A program made the translations under genes and the position numbers. The notes under the pieces are model-generated. The model was given only the letters and a program-made list of their open reading frames with translations. It did not search any database and had not been told where the DNA came from. From a virus: a DNA stretch of 64,000 nucleotides. Each line of letters begins with the position of its first letter. Position 1 is the first letter of the stretch. The stretch lies in IMG/VR virus record IMGVR_UViG_3300012944_000006; one strand, 5' to 3'. Positions 1 to 9,981 of this stretch are shown here, piece after piece.

Positions 1-6
1 GTCATA

Positions 7-318
7 TTAACCACCGAAATTCGTAGTGTAATGTCCTGCCTTGGAAGTTCCATTCCTAAGCATAATGTTCTCGCTCTCTACATCTTTTGCAGGCTGCATG
101 AGGCGAAGAGTCTGACGAAGCCAGACACGAACCCGTTCTTTAATAGTGGAGGCCAACGGCTCTTCCAATTCATACGTCTGACCTGGAAGGAACTCCATAT
201 GATTAATCCGAACCGTAGGGAACGGGAAATCCAAAGAATCCCTTTCAGGAATCTCAACGTACTGCTTTGTAACCCTAGCGGCTACTGCTTGTGCTTCTGG
301 TGAATCAATTTTCGGCAT
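7..318 (-). CDS. hypothetical protein, distal end of head block
   Basis: 103-aa ORF co-oriented with and downstream of the capsid gene; no diagnostic motif. Confidence 0.55.
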   Translation of the reverse strand: MPKIDSPEAQAVAARVTKQYVEIPERDSLDFPFPTVRINHMEFLPGQTYELEEPLASTIKERVRVWLRQTLRLMQPAKDVESENIMLRNGTSKAGHYTTNFGG

Positions 319-340
319 TGTATACCTTTAAATGAAAATA

Positions 341-380
341 GGGCCTAAGACCTCATAAGTCTCAGGCCCTTTTGTTTTTA
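341..380. terminator. stem-loop with U-rich flanks on both strands (possible bidirectional intrinsic terminator)
   Basis: gggcctaagac / gtctcaggccc stem (1 mismatch), then ttttgttttt on + ; tattttcattt follows it on -. Confidence 0.5.
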
Positions 381-612
381 CTGAAACGGTCCGCCTGTGT
401 TATCGACATTACCGTACTCGCCCTGAGGACTGCCCGGAGAACCCATACCATTGGGACCTGGAACAGTACCATCATCGACTTTCGGAATTGCCGAAACAAT
501 CGGACTGCGATTGCCTTTATGCAACTTCTGATCCATCAAACCATGTCCTTGAGGGTGCCCAATTTGATGAACCTCGTGATGCGGCCTACTTTCTTCGAAT
601 TTACTCAAGATA

Positions 613-993
613 TTACTCCTTGTTTCTATGTGGACAAATACCACCATTGCGATATCGACCTATATTGCAATTATAACAGAGTGTTTGAAAATCAACAGGA
701 AAATTGTTACGTTTAATCCAATACCAAAAAGCCGTGCCACTTGATACTTCTTTTCGATGTTCCTTACCATTACCTTCAATATGATCTATTGTTAGTAACA
801 TGAAATTATCTTCCCCACAACAAGCACACATTTTTCCATAATGAGAGAAAATAAGTTCTTTAAGTCTTATCCGGGCAACATTAACAATTTTCAAGATCTG
901 TTCTTTGTTGATTCTATAACGGCTATTGTTACATGGTTTGCATCTAGCTCCAACTTTCTTTTGTCGAAGTTTATAGCATTCTAAACATTTCAA
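613..993 (-). CDS. HNH homing-type endonuclease
   Basis: Cys pairs CLEC..CKPC and CACC..., TIDHIEGNG (DH..N) and CYNCN motifs typical of HNH nucleases; free-standing between non-coding gaps. Confidence 0.85.
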   Translation of the reverse strand: MKCLECYKLRQKKVGARCKPCNNSRYRINKEQILKIVNVARIRLKELIFSHYGKMCACCGEDNFMLLTIDHIEGNGKEHRKEVSSGTAFWYWIKRNNFPVDFQTLCYNCNIGRYRNGGICPHRNKE

Positions 994-1021
994 TAGCCGC
1001 TATCCTCTTAGTTATAAATAT

Positions 1022-2032
1022 TTAGACGTTTGTGCTGTTCGCGCCAGAAGAGCGTGTACGCCACAACCAGTTGTTGTTGGTGATGATTGCCTTAAAAGCA
1101 AACTTCCAACCAAGCTTACGCGACTGCTGAAGAGGATCAGTCTGTCCACCCGGAGCTACAACGTAAACCCGAAGGTTCTGAAGATCAGCAATCTGATAGG
1201 CAAACCGGGCAATTGCAAAGCCCGAGTACACCTTGTTCGTAAAGCCTGCACTAGCCTGCGTAGTTGCCGCAAAACCAGGAGCGTTCGAACGGACGATCTT
1301 GAAACCACCAAGGGTATCAACTTCACCACGCCAGATTTTCTCAGGCGAATTAAGCTGATGGGAAGCCTTGAAGTCGGGATCTTTAAGCAGTGAAGCGTAA
1401 ACCTGCGGAGGGCAAACAAATACATATTCGCCGGAATCCATAGGCCGTCCACCCTGATCCTGAAGCAGAGCATCCAGTTCCACAACGTCAGCATAAGCAA
1501 CAGTGTCACTTGCCACCAGCGTAGCATCCGATACCCTACCATTGGGGTAGTACGTATTGGTTGACGCATTTAGAACGTTAAACACGAGCTGATCATAAGT
1601 TTCTGCCGCCTGCAAACCAAGCAGGTATATGGTCTTCTGAACCACCGGATGCTTTGCAGTAAGCTCACTCAGATCGCTAAGGCGAACGAGGAAGCCATAC
1701 TGTTCTGCAACAGCCTGAAACGTGTCCACAACCAAACCGACAGCATCCGGAGGAATACCCTCAGTAAGCTGAACAGGTGTTGCGGAAGTTGCAAATTTCT
1801 CTTCACGGACGAACTGAATCGTTCTCGAAGAGTTACTAGGAATGGGCGTCTTATCACCAAACTGATCCAGAATGGTGTTAAGCTCCGCTACTTCCAGCAA
1901 TCGAGCGCTAAAATAAGTCTGAAGGTCTCCAGCCACGTTACCCGCGTTACCCACAGTACCAGTGGTAACAGTTACAACGTCGGCACCAAAACCGAGAAGA
2001 CTAAGCGCAAATCCAAAAATGTTTCTAAACAT
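1022..2032 (-). CDS. major capsid protein (HK97-fold type inferred)
   Basis: 336-aa ORF directly downstream of scaffold-like and portal ORFs in canonical head order; call rests on synteny and size. Confidence 0.7.
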   Translation of the reverse strand: MFRNIFGFALSLLGFGADVVTVTTGTVGNAGNVAGDLQTYFSARLLEVAELNTILDQFGDKTPIPSNSSRTIQFVREEKFATSATPVQLTEGIPPDAVGLVVDTFQAVAEQYGFLVRLSDLSELTAKHPVVQKTIYLLGLQAAETYDQLVFNVLNASTNTYYPNGRVSDATLVASDTVAYADVVELDALLQDQGGRPMDSGEYVFVCPPQVYASLLKDPDFKASHQLNSPEKIWRGEVDTLGGFKIVRSNAPGFAATTQASAGFTNKVYSGFAIARFAYQIADLQNLRVYVVAPGGQTDPLQQSRKLGWKFAFKAIITNNNWLWRTRSSGANSTNV

Positions 2033-2044
2033 TTGAGCCTCTTA

Positions 2045-2890
2045 TTAGAGCCGCCAGTTCTGGACTCCGAGCCTCTCCTGTTGTTCAATGATTGCTTTAC
2101 GGCCTTCCTTCGTTTCTAGCGAAGGTTGGGCTTGGGATTGCGTTCCTTGAGTTGGAGGAGGGGCCACTTGATTCGACTGAACCGTTGGCCTTGTCTGTTG
2201 TACACCTTGCCCATTACGAGCTTGCTGTACCAACTCAGGCAGTTTCACACCATGATGAACATGGTACGCCATTTTATAAAACTCTGGGAGCTGATTCCCC
2301 GCTTGAGGATTACTCTCAGCAACATTAATAGCTTCTTTCAAAAGAGGAAAGGAGTCTAGAGTTTGCTTATATTCATCGGAATTTGCAAACTTCCGAAAGT
2401 CCGCTATCTCGTGTTCGACTGTCTCAATAGCCTGAGAACGAACAAAGGAAGAGATTGTAGGTCCTAATGGAGCCAACGTATCCATGATAAGCTGACTCTG
2501 AACTTCCAAATACTTTTCCGGGTTCTTCTCTTCCACGGCCCTCGAAAGGTCCCTGAAATAAGCGTCTCTGTCGGCCTGATAACTCTTCCGACCTTCTACC
2601 TGTTGCTGATTCTTCTTAAGCGGATCATGTCCGGTTGCAGAATTTAGCTGCTGCCTAAGATCGGCAATGAGCGAATCTTTGTGCTCAGTGCCCTTGACCG
2701 CATCTTCCACAGTTTTATAAACCGTTCCTGTCGAGGTCTTTAGGAAAGGTTCAGATTCATTAGTAATAACCTGCTGCGTATTGGTGTTAGAAGCCGATAC
2801 AGAAGAAGCGCCTTCTCCGAAAATATCATCCAGGGAAAGATCCCCACCCGGAGCATCGGACAAATCTACTGAATTAACTATTTCTGGCAT
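2045..2890 (-). CDS. scaffolding protein (putative)
   Basis: 281 aa, acidic/Gln-rich, helix-prone, located between portal and capsid genes. Confidence 0.5.
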   Translation of the reverse strand: MPEIVNSVDLSDAPGGDLSLDDIFGEGASSVSASNTNTQQVITNESEPFLKTSTGTVYKTVEDAVKGTEHKDSLIADLRQQLNSATGHDPLKKNQQQVEGRKSYQADRDAYFRDLSRAVEEKNPEKYLEVQSQLIMDTLAPLGPTISSFVRSQAIETVEHEIADFRKFANSDEYKQTLDSFPLLKEAINVAESNPQAGNQLPEFYKMAYHVHHGVKLPELVQQARNGQGVQQTRPTVQSNQVAPPPTQGTQSQAQPSLETKEGRKAIIEQQERLGVQNWRL

Positions 2891-2934
2891 TTTCTATCCT
2901 TGTGGGATTACACATTTAAATTAAGTCTTGTGGA

Positions 2935-3300
2935 CTATTCTACGCGCTCTATATTCGCGTAAATTCTATTGAACAGATCCAACTCATCTTCAGTTGGAAC
3001 TGCGACAGGCCTACGAGTCTTCTCTAGACTCCGGTCACACTCAGCTTCTAGGTATCCAAGCCAAGCCAAACCATTTTGTAGGTTGTCAACTTCTCTAATT
3101 CTTGCATGGCGTTTGTTCTTAAGTTGACTCTCAAGAAAAGCCATTTGAATTCTTAGCCTCCGGCAAAGTGCCTGAAAGCCCGGATGACCCTTAAGATTTG
3201 CAATTGCAATCTCATCTTCTTTTGATATAGGGTCTAATCTACGATTTGGAATCTCTACTACAACAATCTCAGGCTTAAACAGTTTTCGTAGAAGTCTCAT
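2935..3300 (-). CDS. hypothetical protein
   Basis: 121-aa ORF, ggag RBS and dispersed motif copy immediately upstream. Confidence 0.6.
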   Translation of the reverse strand: MRLLRKLFKPEIVVVEIPNRRLDPISKEDEIAIANLKGHPGFQALCRRLRIQMAFLESQLKNKRHARIREVDNLQNGLAWLGYLEAECDRSLEKTRRPVAVPTEDELDLFNRIYANIERVE

Positions 3301-3526
3301 TATTCTCCGTAGGGGGTTGGGGCCTGGTGTAGTTGAAAATCAATTGGAAATGATCCATCCCCTGAGCAAGCTCCACAAGAAGATCATCCTCTTCACTCTC
3401 TGAACTAATCACAATCTGAACGGGTGCATCTGGCGCAATTGCAATATTAGCCTGCATTAACTTCTCCCATGCTTCCCAAACCCAATGCATTAGCTCCACC
3501 TTGCTGAGCTTCTGTTCTAACTCCAC
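3275..3526 (-). CDS. small acidic hypothetical protein (start uncertain: 3526, 3490 or 3457)
   Basis: ORF overlaps portal 3' end; the internal ATG at 3457 overlaps the last portal codons. Confidence 0.4.
   Translation of the reverse strand: MELEQKLSKVELMHWVWEAWEKLMQANIAIAPDAPVQIVISSESEEDDLLVELAQGMDHFQLIFNYTRPQPPTENNETSTKTV
3309..3329 (-). promoter_or_regulatory. dispersed motif copy (YACCAGGC-N5-8-CCCCT), gene-proximal
   Basis: - strand reads caccaggccccaaccccctac then ggagaata ATG of 2935-3300. Confidence 0.5.
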
Positions 3527-5498
3527 TGCTCATACCACCACCAGGAATCGCTCCCTCATGCTGGACTGTTGCAGGTCGGCCCCCAGGATGTTTACCATGA
3601 CTGGGAGCCTTAAGAGGGTGGCTGCTACCACTCCCTCCGGGCTTACCCGTACCTTTGTGCTTTGCTATTTCTACCGCAGCCTCAGTGTCCACAGTCTTTT
3701 CGAGAAGGGCCATCTGCATTTGTTGCTGCATCTGAGCCTGCTGTTCCATCTGAACCTCTTCATCTGACTTAATCAGATCGTTGATGTTCCGAATCTCCAT
3801 GACCTTGCCGATCTCTCTAAGACCTTCGCCAGCCCTCCAGTAGGGGGTGTTCATGGCGATGTTGGCAAATGCCATTAGATTACGTTGCCGGACTTGCTTG
3901 TTGGTTGCATAGTTTGCAGCCACAAGATTAAATTCAAAATTGCCTATGATCTCCGCAGGGCTGATCGACACCCATTTGGGGATCATAGGCGGCTGCTTGG
4001 TCATCTGAACCTCTTCAGCATCGCTCATAAACTGCTGAACCATTGAGGAACACATAGCCAAGAGTGGCTGAAGGATATCCATCTCCAAGTTCCGAATGAA
4101 CATCTTAAACCGATAGTTCGATTCGTTGATAATACTGGAGATGCCGGTTGCAGTACGGTTGCCTTGCGATCCACCGATTGCCTTACCGTAAAAGTCAGAT
4201 ATCCCCGAAGCCATCTCAATCATGCCCTTATAAAGGTCCATGATAGCATAATCACCCTGATTAGGGGTGAATAAAGGCAGAGGCGAAATAACATCATTTG
4301 GATTACCATTGACGCCTACTTTACCGCCGGGAACGTTGAACTGATTCAACGCCTCATGATCTATATCTGCGTTTAGATCATAGGCAAACCTACGGTTAAT
4401 TCCCAGGTTCCAGTTGTCTGTTACCATATTCGCAAACTTGTTCAGAGATTCTGTCAAGTCTGTGATGGTCTCAATAGCGCCTAAACCATAGACTTCATTA
4501 GGCAGCTTGATATAACTTGTATAAAGGATGGCGTTCCGCTTATGATCAAACTGATTTTCTCCGTGCCAGAGCAGCTTGGCAGGACCAGTATAGACCTTTC
4601 GCTTGTAGGGAGAATAGGCCGTTGCTCTATAGCTTGCTCGGAGATCTTTCCAAGCAATTGCTTCTGAGTCTTCACCGAATGTGATAGTAGTAACGGTTCC
4701 TTGATAGACATCCCATAGCTCCGCAATGCGGATCAAAACTGTATTTACATCATCCGGATACTTAGATGCGATCTCTGTCTCAAGCTCTGCAAGTACTTGA
4801 GGATCATACATATCCTGTCCGGTAGCAGCTTTATAAGCCTGCGATTCACGCTTCATAACAATGAAGGGAATTTCAGTAAGCTGTCCCACAATCCCTTTGT
4901 CCGGATCACAAAGTAGATCATAAATATCAATAGCCGTCAGCTTTGGACAAGCCATCGGCACTTGAAAGGTCTGAGGCTTCTGCCCAATCATAATAGGCTG
5001 GCCGTCAGGACCGGGAATCACATTACCCTTAGCATCCTGTTGATAAACAGCAACTGGTTTAGTTAGTGTTTTAAAATCCCAGTTCCAATCAACTTTAATA
5101 CCACCATGCCCATATATAGCAATGTTCCGTACCAATGTTTCAAAAGCGTCTTGGAGTCGTGCTTCTGTAAGCTTTTTGTCCAAGACCAGAGACATAGACT
5201 CAGCCGAATGGTCGTCCTGAGCTGTAACACCCGACACTTCAAAGAAAGGCGCGAAAGAAAAGAATGCATCAGATACCCTCGATGTGATTGTTTCCACATT
5301 GGATAGAGGATAAGGGACGAAAGTATTCGACCTTGCTGTTACATTGTCGGGGAACTTCTGAGCGTCTCTCTGCCCAATATACTGACGATAGAACGTAGCT
5401 CTACGTTGATCGTATTGCCGTCTATAGTCCAACATCCTCCGCAAACTACGGAGTGTTAGATCTTTGATGTCCCCTGTACCTGGAGAAGCTTGATTCAT
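3447..5498 (-). CDS. portal protein
   Basis: 683 aa, between the terminase side and scaffold/capsid; Gln/Gly-rich C-terminal tail; synteny-based. Confidence 0.75.
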   Translation of the reverse strand: MNQASPGTGDIKDLTLRSLRRMLDYRRQYDQRRATFYRQYIGQRDAQKFPDNVTARSNTFVPYPLSNVETITSRVSDAFFSFAPFFEVSGVTAQDDHSAESMSLVLDKKLTEARLQDAFETLVRNIAIYGHGGIKVDWNWDFKTLTKPVAVYQQDAKGNVIPGPDGQPIMIGQKPQTFQVPMACPKLTAIDIYDLLCDPDKGIVGQLTEIPFIVMKRESQAYKAATGQDMYDPQVLAELETEIASKYPDDVNTVLIRIAELWDVYQGTVTTITFGEDSEAIAWKDLRASYRATAYSPYKRKVYTGPAKLLWHGENQFDHKRNAILYTSYIKLPNEVYGLGAIETITDLTESLNKFANMVTDNWNLGINRRFAYDLNADIDHEALNQFNVPGGKVGVNGNPNDVISPLPLFTPNQGDYAIMDLYKGMIEMASGISDFYGKAIGGSQGNRTATGISSIINESNYRFKMFIRNLEMDILQPLLAMCSSMVQQFMSDAEEVQMTKQPPMIPKWVSISPAEIIGNFEFNLVAANYATNKQVRQRNLMAFANIAMNTPYWRAGEGLREIGKVMEIRNINDLIKSDEEVQMEQQAQMQQQMQMALLEKTVDTEAAVEIAKHKGTGKPGGSGSSHPLKAPSHGKHPGGRPATVQHEGAIPGGGMSSGVRTEAQQGGANALGLGSMGEVNAG

Positions 5499-5854
5499 TA
5501 AGCCTTAGAAACAACACTGTAGTACAGCGTGCCAGTAGCCGCCCCACCAAAGGGAACGATCACTTCGTTGTAACGCCCCATATCAAAGATCTCAGGAACG
5601 TTTGCGGGGAGATAAATGTCATTAGCTGTTGCAGTCGTAGCGCCAGCAGAGGCGAAACGAACAAACATCGGAGATGTAGCCACCAAACGGACTAGAACAT
5701 TGTGCCCAAGGGTGATAGGGGTTCCAATCGTAGTGATCGAAATTGCCTGAGAAGCACCATTAGCCTTAGTGTTAGTACCGTTAGTAACAACTTGGTAAAA
5801 AATAGGAGTGGCGATTAGAGTGTACCTCTTTCCCTGCGCTCTGCAGGTTTTCAA
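5498..5854 (-). CDS. Ala/Thr/Gly-rich small virion-block protein
   Basis: 118 aa, beta-prone composition like 6434-6898 and 6908-7282; stop/start overlap with portal. Confidence 0.5.
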   Translation of the reverse strand: MKTCRAQGKRYTLIATPIFYQVVTNGTNTKANGASQAISITTIGTPITLGHNVLVRLVATSPMFVRFASAGATTATANDIYLPANVPEIFDMGRYNEVIVPFGGAATGTLYYSVVSKA

Positions 5855-6169
5855 TTATTCGCTCGAAATCTCAATCTTAGGGTGACGGTATGGGACGAAA
5901 TCCCAAGTTCCAGCCTCTACCATTTCCACAACCTTGTGGATAACTTCTTCCAACTCAGACAGGCGCTGATCCCTCATTTCTGGGGGCGTGGTCGCCATAT
6001 CATGCCAGAAGTAAACTTCCCAACACTTCGGACAGTTCTTGGTAGGAGCCAAGCTCGGATTCTTTCGATTAGGCCCATAATAGTTATGTTGCCCACAGTA
6101 GATGTAGATCTTATTAGGATCTAGGGCATCTTTAATCGCTTGTGTCTTTTCCTGTTCTGTCAGTGCCAT
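5855..6169 (-). CDS. hypothetical Cys-containing protein
   Basis: 104 aa with CGQH...CPKC pairs (possible zinc ribbon). Confidence 0.5.
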   Translation of the reverse strand: MALTEQEKTQAIKDALDPNKIYIYCGQHNYYGPNRKNPSLAPTKNCPKCWEVYFWHDMATTPPEMRDQRLSELEEVIHKVVEMVEAGTWDFVPYRHPKIEISSE

Positions 6170-6434
6170 ATTTCCTATAAAGTTGGAAACTACAGAGCAT
6201 TGTCCGCATTCCCATTATGTAAGCCAAGAAGATCGGATGAAAAAAACCAATCAGCCCTAGAATGGCTGCTGGACCCATGATGCCGCTATATGCAGCCTTC
6301 CTAGGTCCAAGCCACTTAGTTAGATATTTAATAAATAGGTTAAGCTCTGAATCTGGCTTCTCTCGAAGTAATTCATCGGTAAAATAAGCGTCATACAGAG
6401 ACAACCCAAACCAGAGCAATAACCCAAATATCAT
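6132..6434 (-). CDS. small membrane protein
   Basis: Trimmed to the ATG at 6434 (TAATG overlap with upstream stop); hydrophobic segments MIFGLLLWFGLSL and AAILGLIGFFHPIFLAYIMG. Confidence 0.5.
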   Translation of the reverse strand: MIFGLLLWFGLSLYDAYFTDELLREKPDSELNLFIKYLTKWLGPRKAAYSGIMGPAAILGLIGFFHPIFLAYIMGMRTMLCSFQLYRKYGTDRTGKDTSD

Positions 6435-6898
6435 TAAGCAGGAACCACAGACACCTGTAAGATACAATTAGCGAGTCCTGTCAACGTACCCGACAGAATT
6501 ACACCAATACGATCCCCTGGGCTAATAGTCCCCTGAGCTGCCGTTACGGTAGTACTTAGTGTTCCATACAACACGGTATTAGCCGTACCCGTCAACGGGA
6601 TAGTAGCAGTTAAAAGTGCAGTTCCAGCACCAGCCGCCTGAGTACCTGTAAGATGCTCAATCGTCAAAGCCGCACCTGATCCACCAGCCGTACCATAAAC
6701 AACTGCTACACCAACCACTTTAAAACTAGGATTGACATTAGCAGTCCCAGAAACAGAAAAGTTAGGGGCAATAAAGATCCCCTGACTCACCGAGGTAGCA
6801 CTGAGTGCCACATTAACAGTCTCATAAGGCATAACCTTATTACTGCCAACGATGGTAGTACTGGCGAGAACCGGAGATTCAGTAGAAAATAAACTCAT
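6434..6898 (-). CDS. Ala/Thr/Gly-rich structural-block protein
   Basis: 154-aa ORF in head block, composition typical of beta-rich decoration/fibre proteins. Confidence 0.5.
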   Translation of the reverse strand: MSLFSTESPVLASTTIVGSNKVMPYETVNVALSATSVSQGIFIAPNFSVSGTANVNPSFKVVGVAVVYGTAGGSGAALTIEHLTGTQAAGAGTALLTATIPLTGTANTVLYGTLSTTVTAAQGTISPGDRIGVILSGTLTGLANCILQVSVVPA

Positions 6899-6907
6899 CT
6901 AATCTCC

Positions 6908-7282
6908 TTATCGAAGGATGAAGAAAGCAATCTTCACCGTGTTAGCTGCCGTACCCGCAATACTAAACCGGACAGTGCAACCAGTCGCAGTAATCGTATC
7001 TGTAGAGACGCTGATGAAAGCCGCAGCAGGCTGAGTTCCGCCAACTACCATTGCCGCCACGCCCGAAGCGTTAACCGCAGAAGCCAGACCAGCAGCGAAC
7101 TGGACCGTCTGAGTTCCATCAATAAAATTAAGAGTCGCGGATGTAGAAGCACCATCCAAGATAAAGGTTGCCGTACCCGCGTAAGATACTTCGGTTCCGG
7201 TAGCCTCGTTATTGGCGAGAATCTGGCCGGACTTCGCGGGTCCAGCAGTCAGATACACACCATTCTGTGCAGTAATTGCCAT
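6908..7282 (-). CDS. Ala/Thr/Gly-rich structural-block protein
   Basis: 124-aa ORF, aagga RBS, dispersed motif copy 28 nt upstream. Confidence 0.5.
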   Translation of the reverse strand: MAITAQNGVYLTAGPAKSGQILANNEATGTEVSYAGTATFILDGASTSATLNFIDGTQTVQFAAGLASAVNASGVAAMVVGGTQPAAAFISVSTDTITATGCTVRFSIAGTAANTVKIAFFILR

Positions 7283-7310
7283 TTATTCTTTTCCTTATTC
7301 GAATAGAGGT

Positions 7311-7334
7311 ATAGAGGGGAATTGTTGCCTGGTG
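7311..7334 (-). promoter_or_regulatory. dispersed motif copy
   Basis: - strand reads caccaggcaacaattcccctctat, 28 nt before the ATG at 7282; pairs with 7339-7359 as a hairpin. Confidence 0.5.
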
Positions 7335-7338
7335 GCTA

Positions 7339-7359
7339 TACCAGGCCTTAATCCCCTAG
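7339..7359 (+). promoter_or_regulatory. dispersed motif copy, inverted partner of 7311-7334
   Basis: taccaggccttaatcccctag. Confidence 0.45.
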
Positions 7360-7383
7360 TTGCTTGACCCCGGAAGTCAAATC

Positions 7384-7989
7384 TTAGTCATCTTCACTCT
7401 TATTACCATTGAAGACGGGTTTAATCTTATATTCACCATTCTCTTCGTAGACTGCCACGATCCCACCAGGTTTAACTAACTCCCCTGATTCGGGTCTTGC
7501 CTCTGTATTATGTCCTATGTAGTTCTCAAGAGATGTGATGTTTGAAGTGTGGGTAAAGAAAACTGTTAAAGCCTTCTTGGATTTTTCCAGTTGCTCATCA
7601 AAAAATCCATGTGTGCGCCATCTAAACTGCTGTAAACTCTCCCCGTTGGGTATTTCTACCTCAGGGTTCTGTACAAAGAGATTTAAGGCGTCTAAATTTG
7701 AATCTTTATCAAGTCCGCTGAAAAGTCCCAATCGCCACGGGAGTAGACCCCGATCCTGCTGAATTGGTATCCGTTTAGGTAAAGCCAGCACTTCTGCCGT
7801 ATTTACCGTCCGAATTAGAGGACTAGCGAAGATCCTGACTACTTGCTGGCTCCAGAGGAACCTAGCAGCGTCTAAGGCTTGTTTCTTCCCGGTAGCATCA
7901 AGCGGGACATCAATCCAAGATCTAAAACATCCTGACGCATTAAGAGTTGTCTCGCCATGCCTCACGAGGAAGGCCAATAATTTTTTCAC
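7384..7989 (-). CDS. histidine phosphatase superfamily protein (phosphoglycerate-mutase-like)
   Basis: N-terminal FLVRHGETTLN (RHG catalytic motif) and distal FFTHTSNI second His. Confidence 0.85.
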   Translation of the reverse strand: MKKLLAFLVRHGETTLNASGCFRSWIDVPLDATGKKQALDAARFLWSQQVVRIFASPLIRTVNTAEVLALPKRIPIQQDRGLLPWRLGLFSGLDKDSNLDALNLFVQNPEVEIPNGESLQQFRWRTHGFFDEQLEKSKKALTVFFTHTSNITSLENYIGHNTEARPESGELVKPGGIVAVYEENGEYKIKPVFNGNKSEDD

Positions 7990-7990
7990 G

Positions 7991-9532
7991 TCAAGTATAT
8001 GAATTGTTAATGTTGGTGTCTGTAGGACCTCGCCACGTCCTACCTCTTGGTCTTAAGGCCAATAAATATTGACAAGCATTCATAAGGTGATCGCCACGCT
8101 TAACAGGCTTGTCTTTCGACATCCCCTTCTGAGATCCCTTACCAAAGGAATCCCATACGTAGGATTCAATTTCGTTTACAAAAGATACCAATCCTTTAAA
8201 AACAAAGAGTTTTGGGTGTCTGGATGCAGTGTCCAAGGTAGCAGAGATATACTCACGCATGACATTGAGTGCAAAGTCAGCCTCTCTGGGCGCAAGCCGC
8301 ACTGGAATCCCTGCTGCTCGATATAACTGGAATCCCTGTCTATGAGTTTCGGCATTTCTAGCCGCCCCCCAATAAGCATCCAAAATCCAGGTATCAATCC
8401 TGTCCCCGGCGTTGCGGACGAGTATATCCTTGGCGTGCTCGGAAACGATCTGATCTTTTTGATAGTACTCGCGGTATAAGTAAACATCATTACGGGGACT
8501 AATAGCAGCCCAAATAGCCGCTGTAATTCCCGTCGCCGCTGGATCAATCGAAACAATCCGTCGCCAATCCTCAGGGATCTTAAACGGTTTGATAACATGA
8601 ACATTTTGATCCCAATCTGGGTAGATCAATCCTGAACGTTGAATGAAGTCTCCGTAGAGTCTAGCATTCTCTTCCGGGTGTCCTGCCCACTTCTCTTTGA
8701 GTTTTACCTTCTCCTCTTCAGGAATAAAGGGATTATCAAGAGCCGAGAGCTTTACAAAGATTACATCCTTGCGACCACCCAACCATTCTTTATAAAGGTT
8801 ATAAATCCAAGGGCGCTTCGCACCGGAACCTATATCGGTAAGCGGCGTGACGGTAACAACAATTTTTCCGCCACAATCAACGGTTCTCTGATAGACCTCA
8901 TCGAAGATTTCTTCGTCACATTCCTCGTCGATCCAAGCCAAATCAACAGATGCGCTCTGCATCTTTTCGCGTCCCGAGTCGGCGGACTTACAAGTGAGGT
9001 TTGAGCGTCTACCATTTACATCAGTCTGGACCTGAAATTCGCTGTCGGACAATCTTCCGACATAAGCATTTGGCGTTCGAGGAAGGAACCCAGGATGCCT
9101 GTGGCCTCGTCTAAGCTTTTCATTCCAGATAACATCTCGAATAACTGAGAAGTCAAGGCCAATTGCCCATATATTTGCTCCGTGGTCTGGAATGGGGAGA
9201 TTTTTGACATATCTCCAACTAGGCTCATTGAGATAATAGTCTTTCCCCATAAGCCAAGCAGTCGCAAGAAACGCTCCTCTTTCGGTCTTAGAACTTCGAT
9301 TCCCGCCAAGGAGGACATAGATTTTGATGTCTGAGGTAAATTTCGCAAAATCTTCCTCAATCCTGTTGTAAAACTCCTGACAATCAGCGGCCTGATCACT
9401 CGACCAGTACTTCGCAAAGTTGTCGGCCTTACGTTTCTCCTCAAAGGCTTCTAGCGCTAGGAGAGCATCCGCAGGTTCCATCGTCGCTAGTTTTTGAAAA
9501 GCCAGTTCTAGATCAGCCATTAATGATCCCAA
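7991..9532 (-). CDS. terL: terminase large subunit
   Basis: 513 aa; Walker A-like GGNRSSKT, Walker B-like DLAWIDEE, C-terminal nuclease-like VSIDPAATG; position in packaging block. Confidence 0.9.
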   Translation of the reverse strand: MGSLMADLELAFQKLATMEPADALLALEAFEEKRKADNFAKYWSSDQAADCQEFYNRIEEDFAKFTSDIKIYVLLGGNRSSKTERGAFLATAWLMGKDYYLNEPSWRYVKNLPIPDHGANIWAIGLDFSVIRDVIWNEKLRRGHRHPGFLPRTPNAYVGRLSDSEFQVQTDVNGRRSNLTCKSADSGREKMQSASVDLAWIDEECDEEIFDEVYQRTVDCGGKIVVTVTPLTDIGSGAKRPWIYNLYKEWLGGRKDVIFVKLSALDNPFIPEEEKVKLKEKWAGHPEENARLYGDFIQRSGLIYPDWDQNVHVIKPFKIPEDWRRIVSIDPAATGITAAIWAAISPRNDVYLYREYYQKDQIVSEHAKDILVRNAGDRIDTWILDAYWGAARNAETHRQGFQLYRAAGIPVRLAPREADFALNVMREYISATLDTASRHPKLFVFKGLVSFVNEIESYVWDSFGKGSQKGMSKDKPVKRGDHLMNACQYLLALRPRGRTWRGPTDTNINNSYT

Positions 9533-9954
9533 AGGGTTCGAGGAAGATTGCTACGAAGTGCAACTGATATCTTCTGGGTCGCATTTTCCCAAATATCTAG
9601 ATAAATATCTTTAATCGCCGGAGCAACATAAGGATCAATGAATTCAGCCATCGGCTCGGTAAAAATGTGTGCTATTTCATGTAGAAGATAATAAGCCGTT
9701 GATTCCTTATCTTCCTTCCAAATCTCAAAAGATGTAGGATAAATCTTAATATAGGCCTGATCATATCGAGGATCTACGTTTATCGAGTAAATCAGGTCTC
9801 GACCAATAGAATCCTTCTTATCCTCTACTTGCTCCAATCGAATATCCCATCCTTGTAGAGCAAAGTTGGCTTTATAATTAGCAAGAGTTTTTACGATCCA
9901 CTTCTTGTAAGCTAGTTGCTCTCGGGATTGTTTGGATATTGATCTATTTGACAA
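9520..9954 (-). CDS. hypothetical protein with HExxH motif (possible Zn-metallopeptidase)
   Basis: LLHEIAHIF in a 144-aa ORF; no further support. Confidence 0.4.
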   Translation of the reverse strand: MSNRSISKQSREQLAYKKWIVKTLANYKANFALQGWDIRLEQVEDKKDSIGRDLIYSINVDPRYDQAYIKIYPTSFEIWKEDKESTAYYLLHEIAHIFTEPMAEFIDPYVAPAIKDIYLDIWENATQKISVALRSNLPRTLWDH

Positions 9955-9981
9955 TTTTTAGAATCCCCAGTCTTTGGTTTA

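Noticed and set aside
372-716. ORFs 372-716 (+), 378-647 (-) and 488-676 (+) in the gap between the HNH gene and 7-318
   Set aside because: No convincing RBS for any of them. The minus-strand 89-aa ORF could be real, since it is co-oriented and the gap is otherwise 290 nt, but I cannot support it. Left unannotated.
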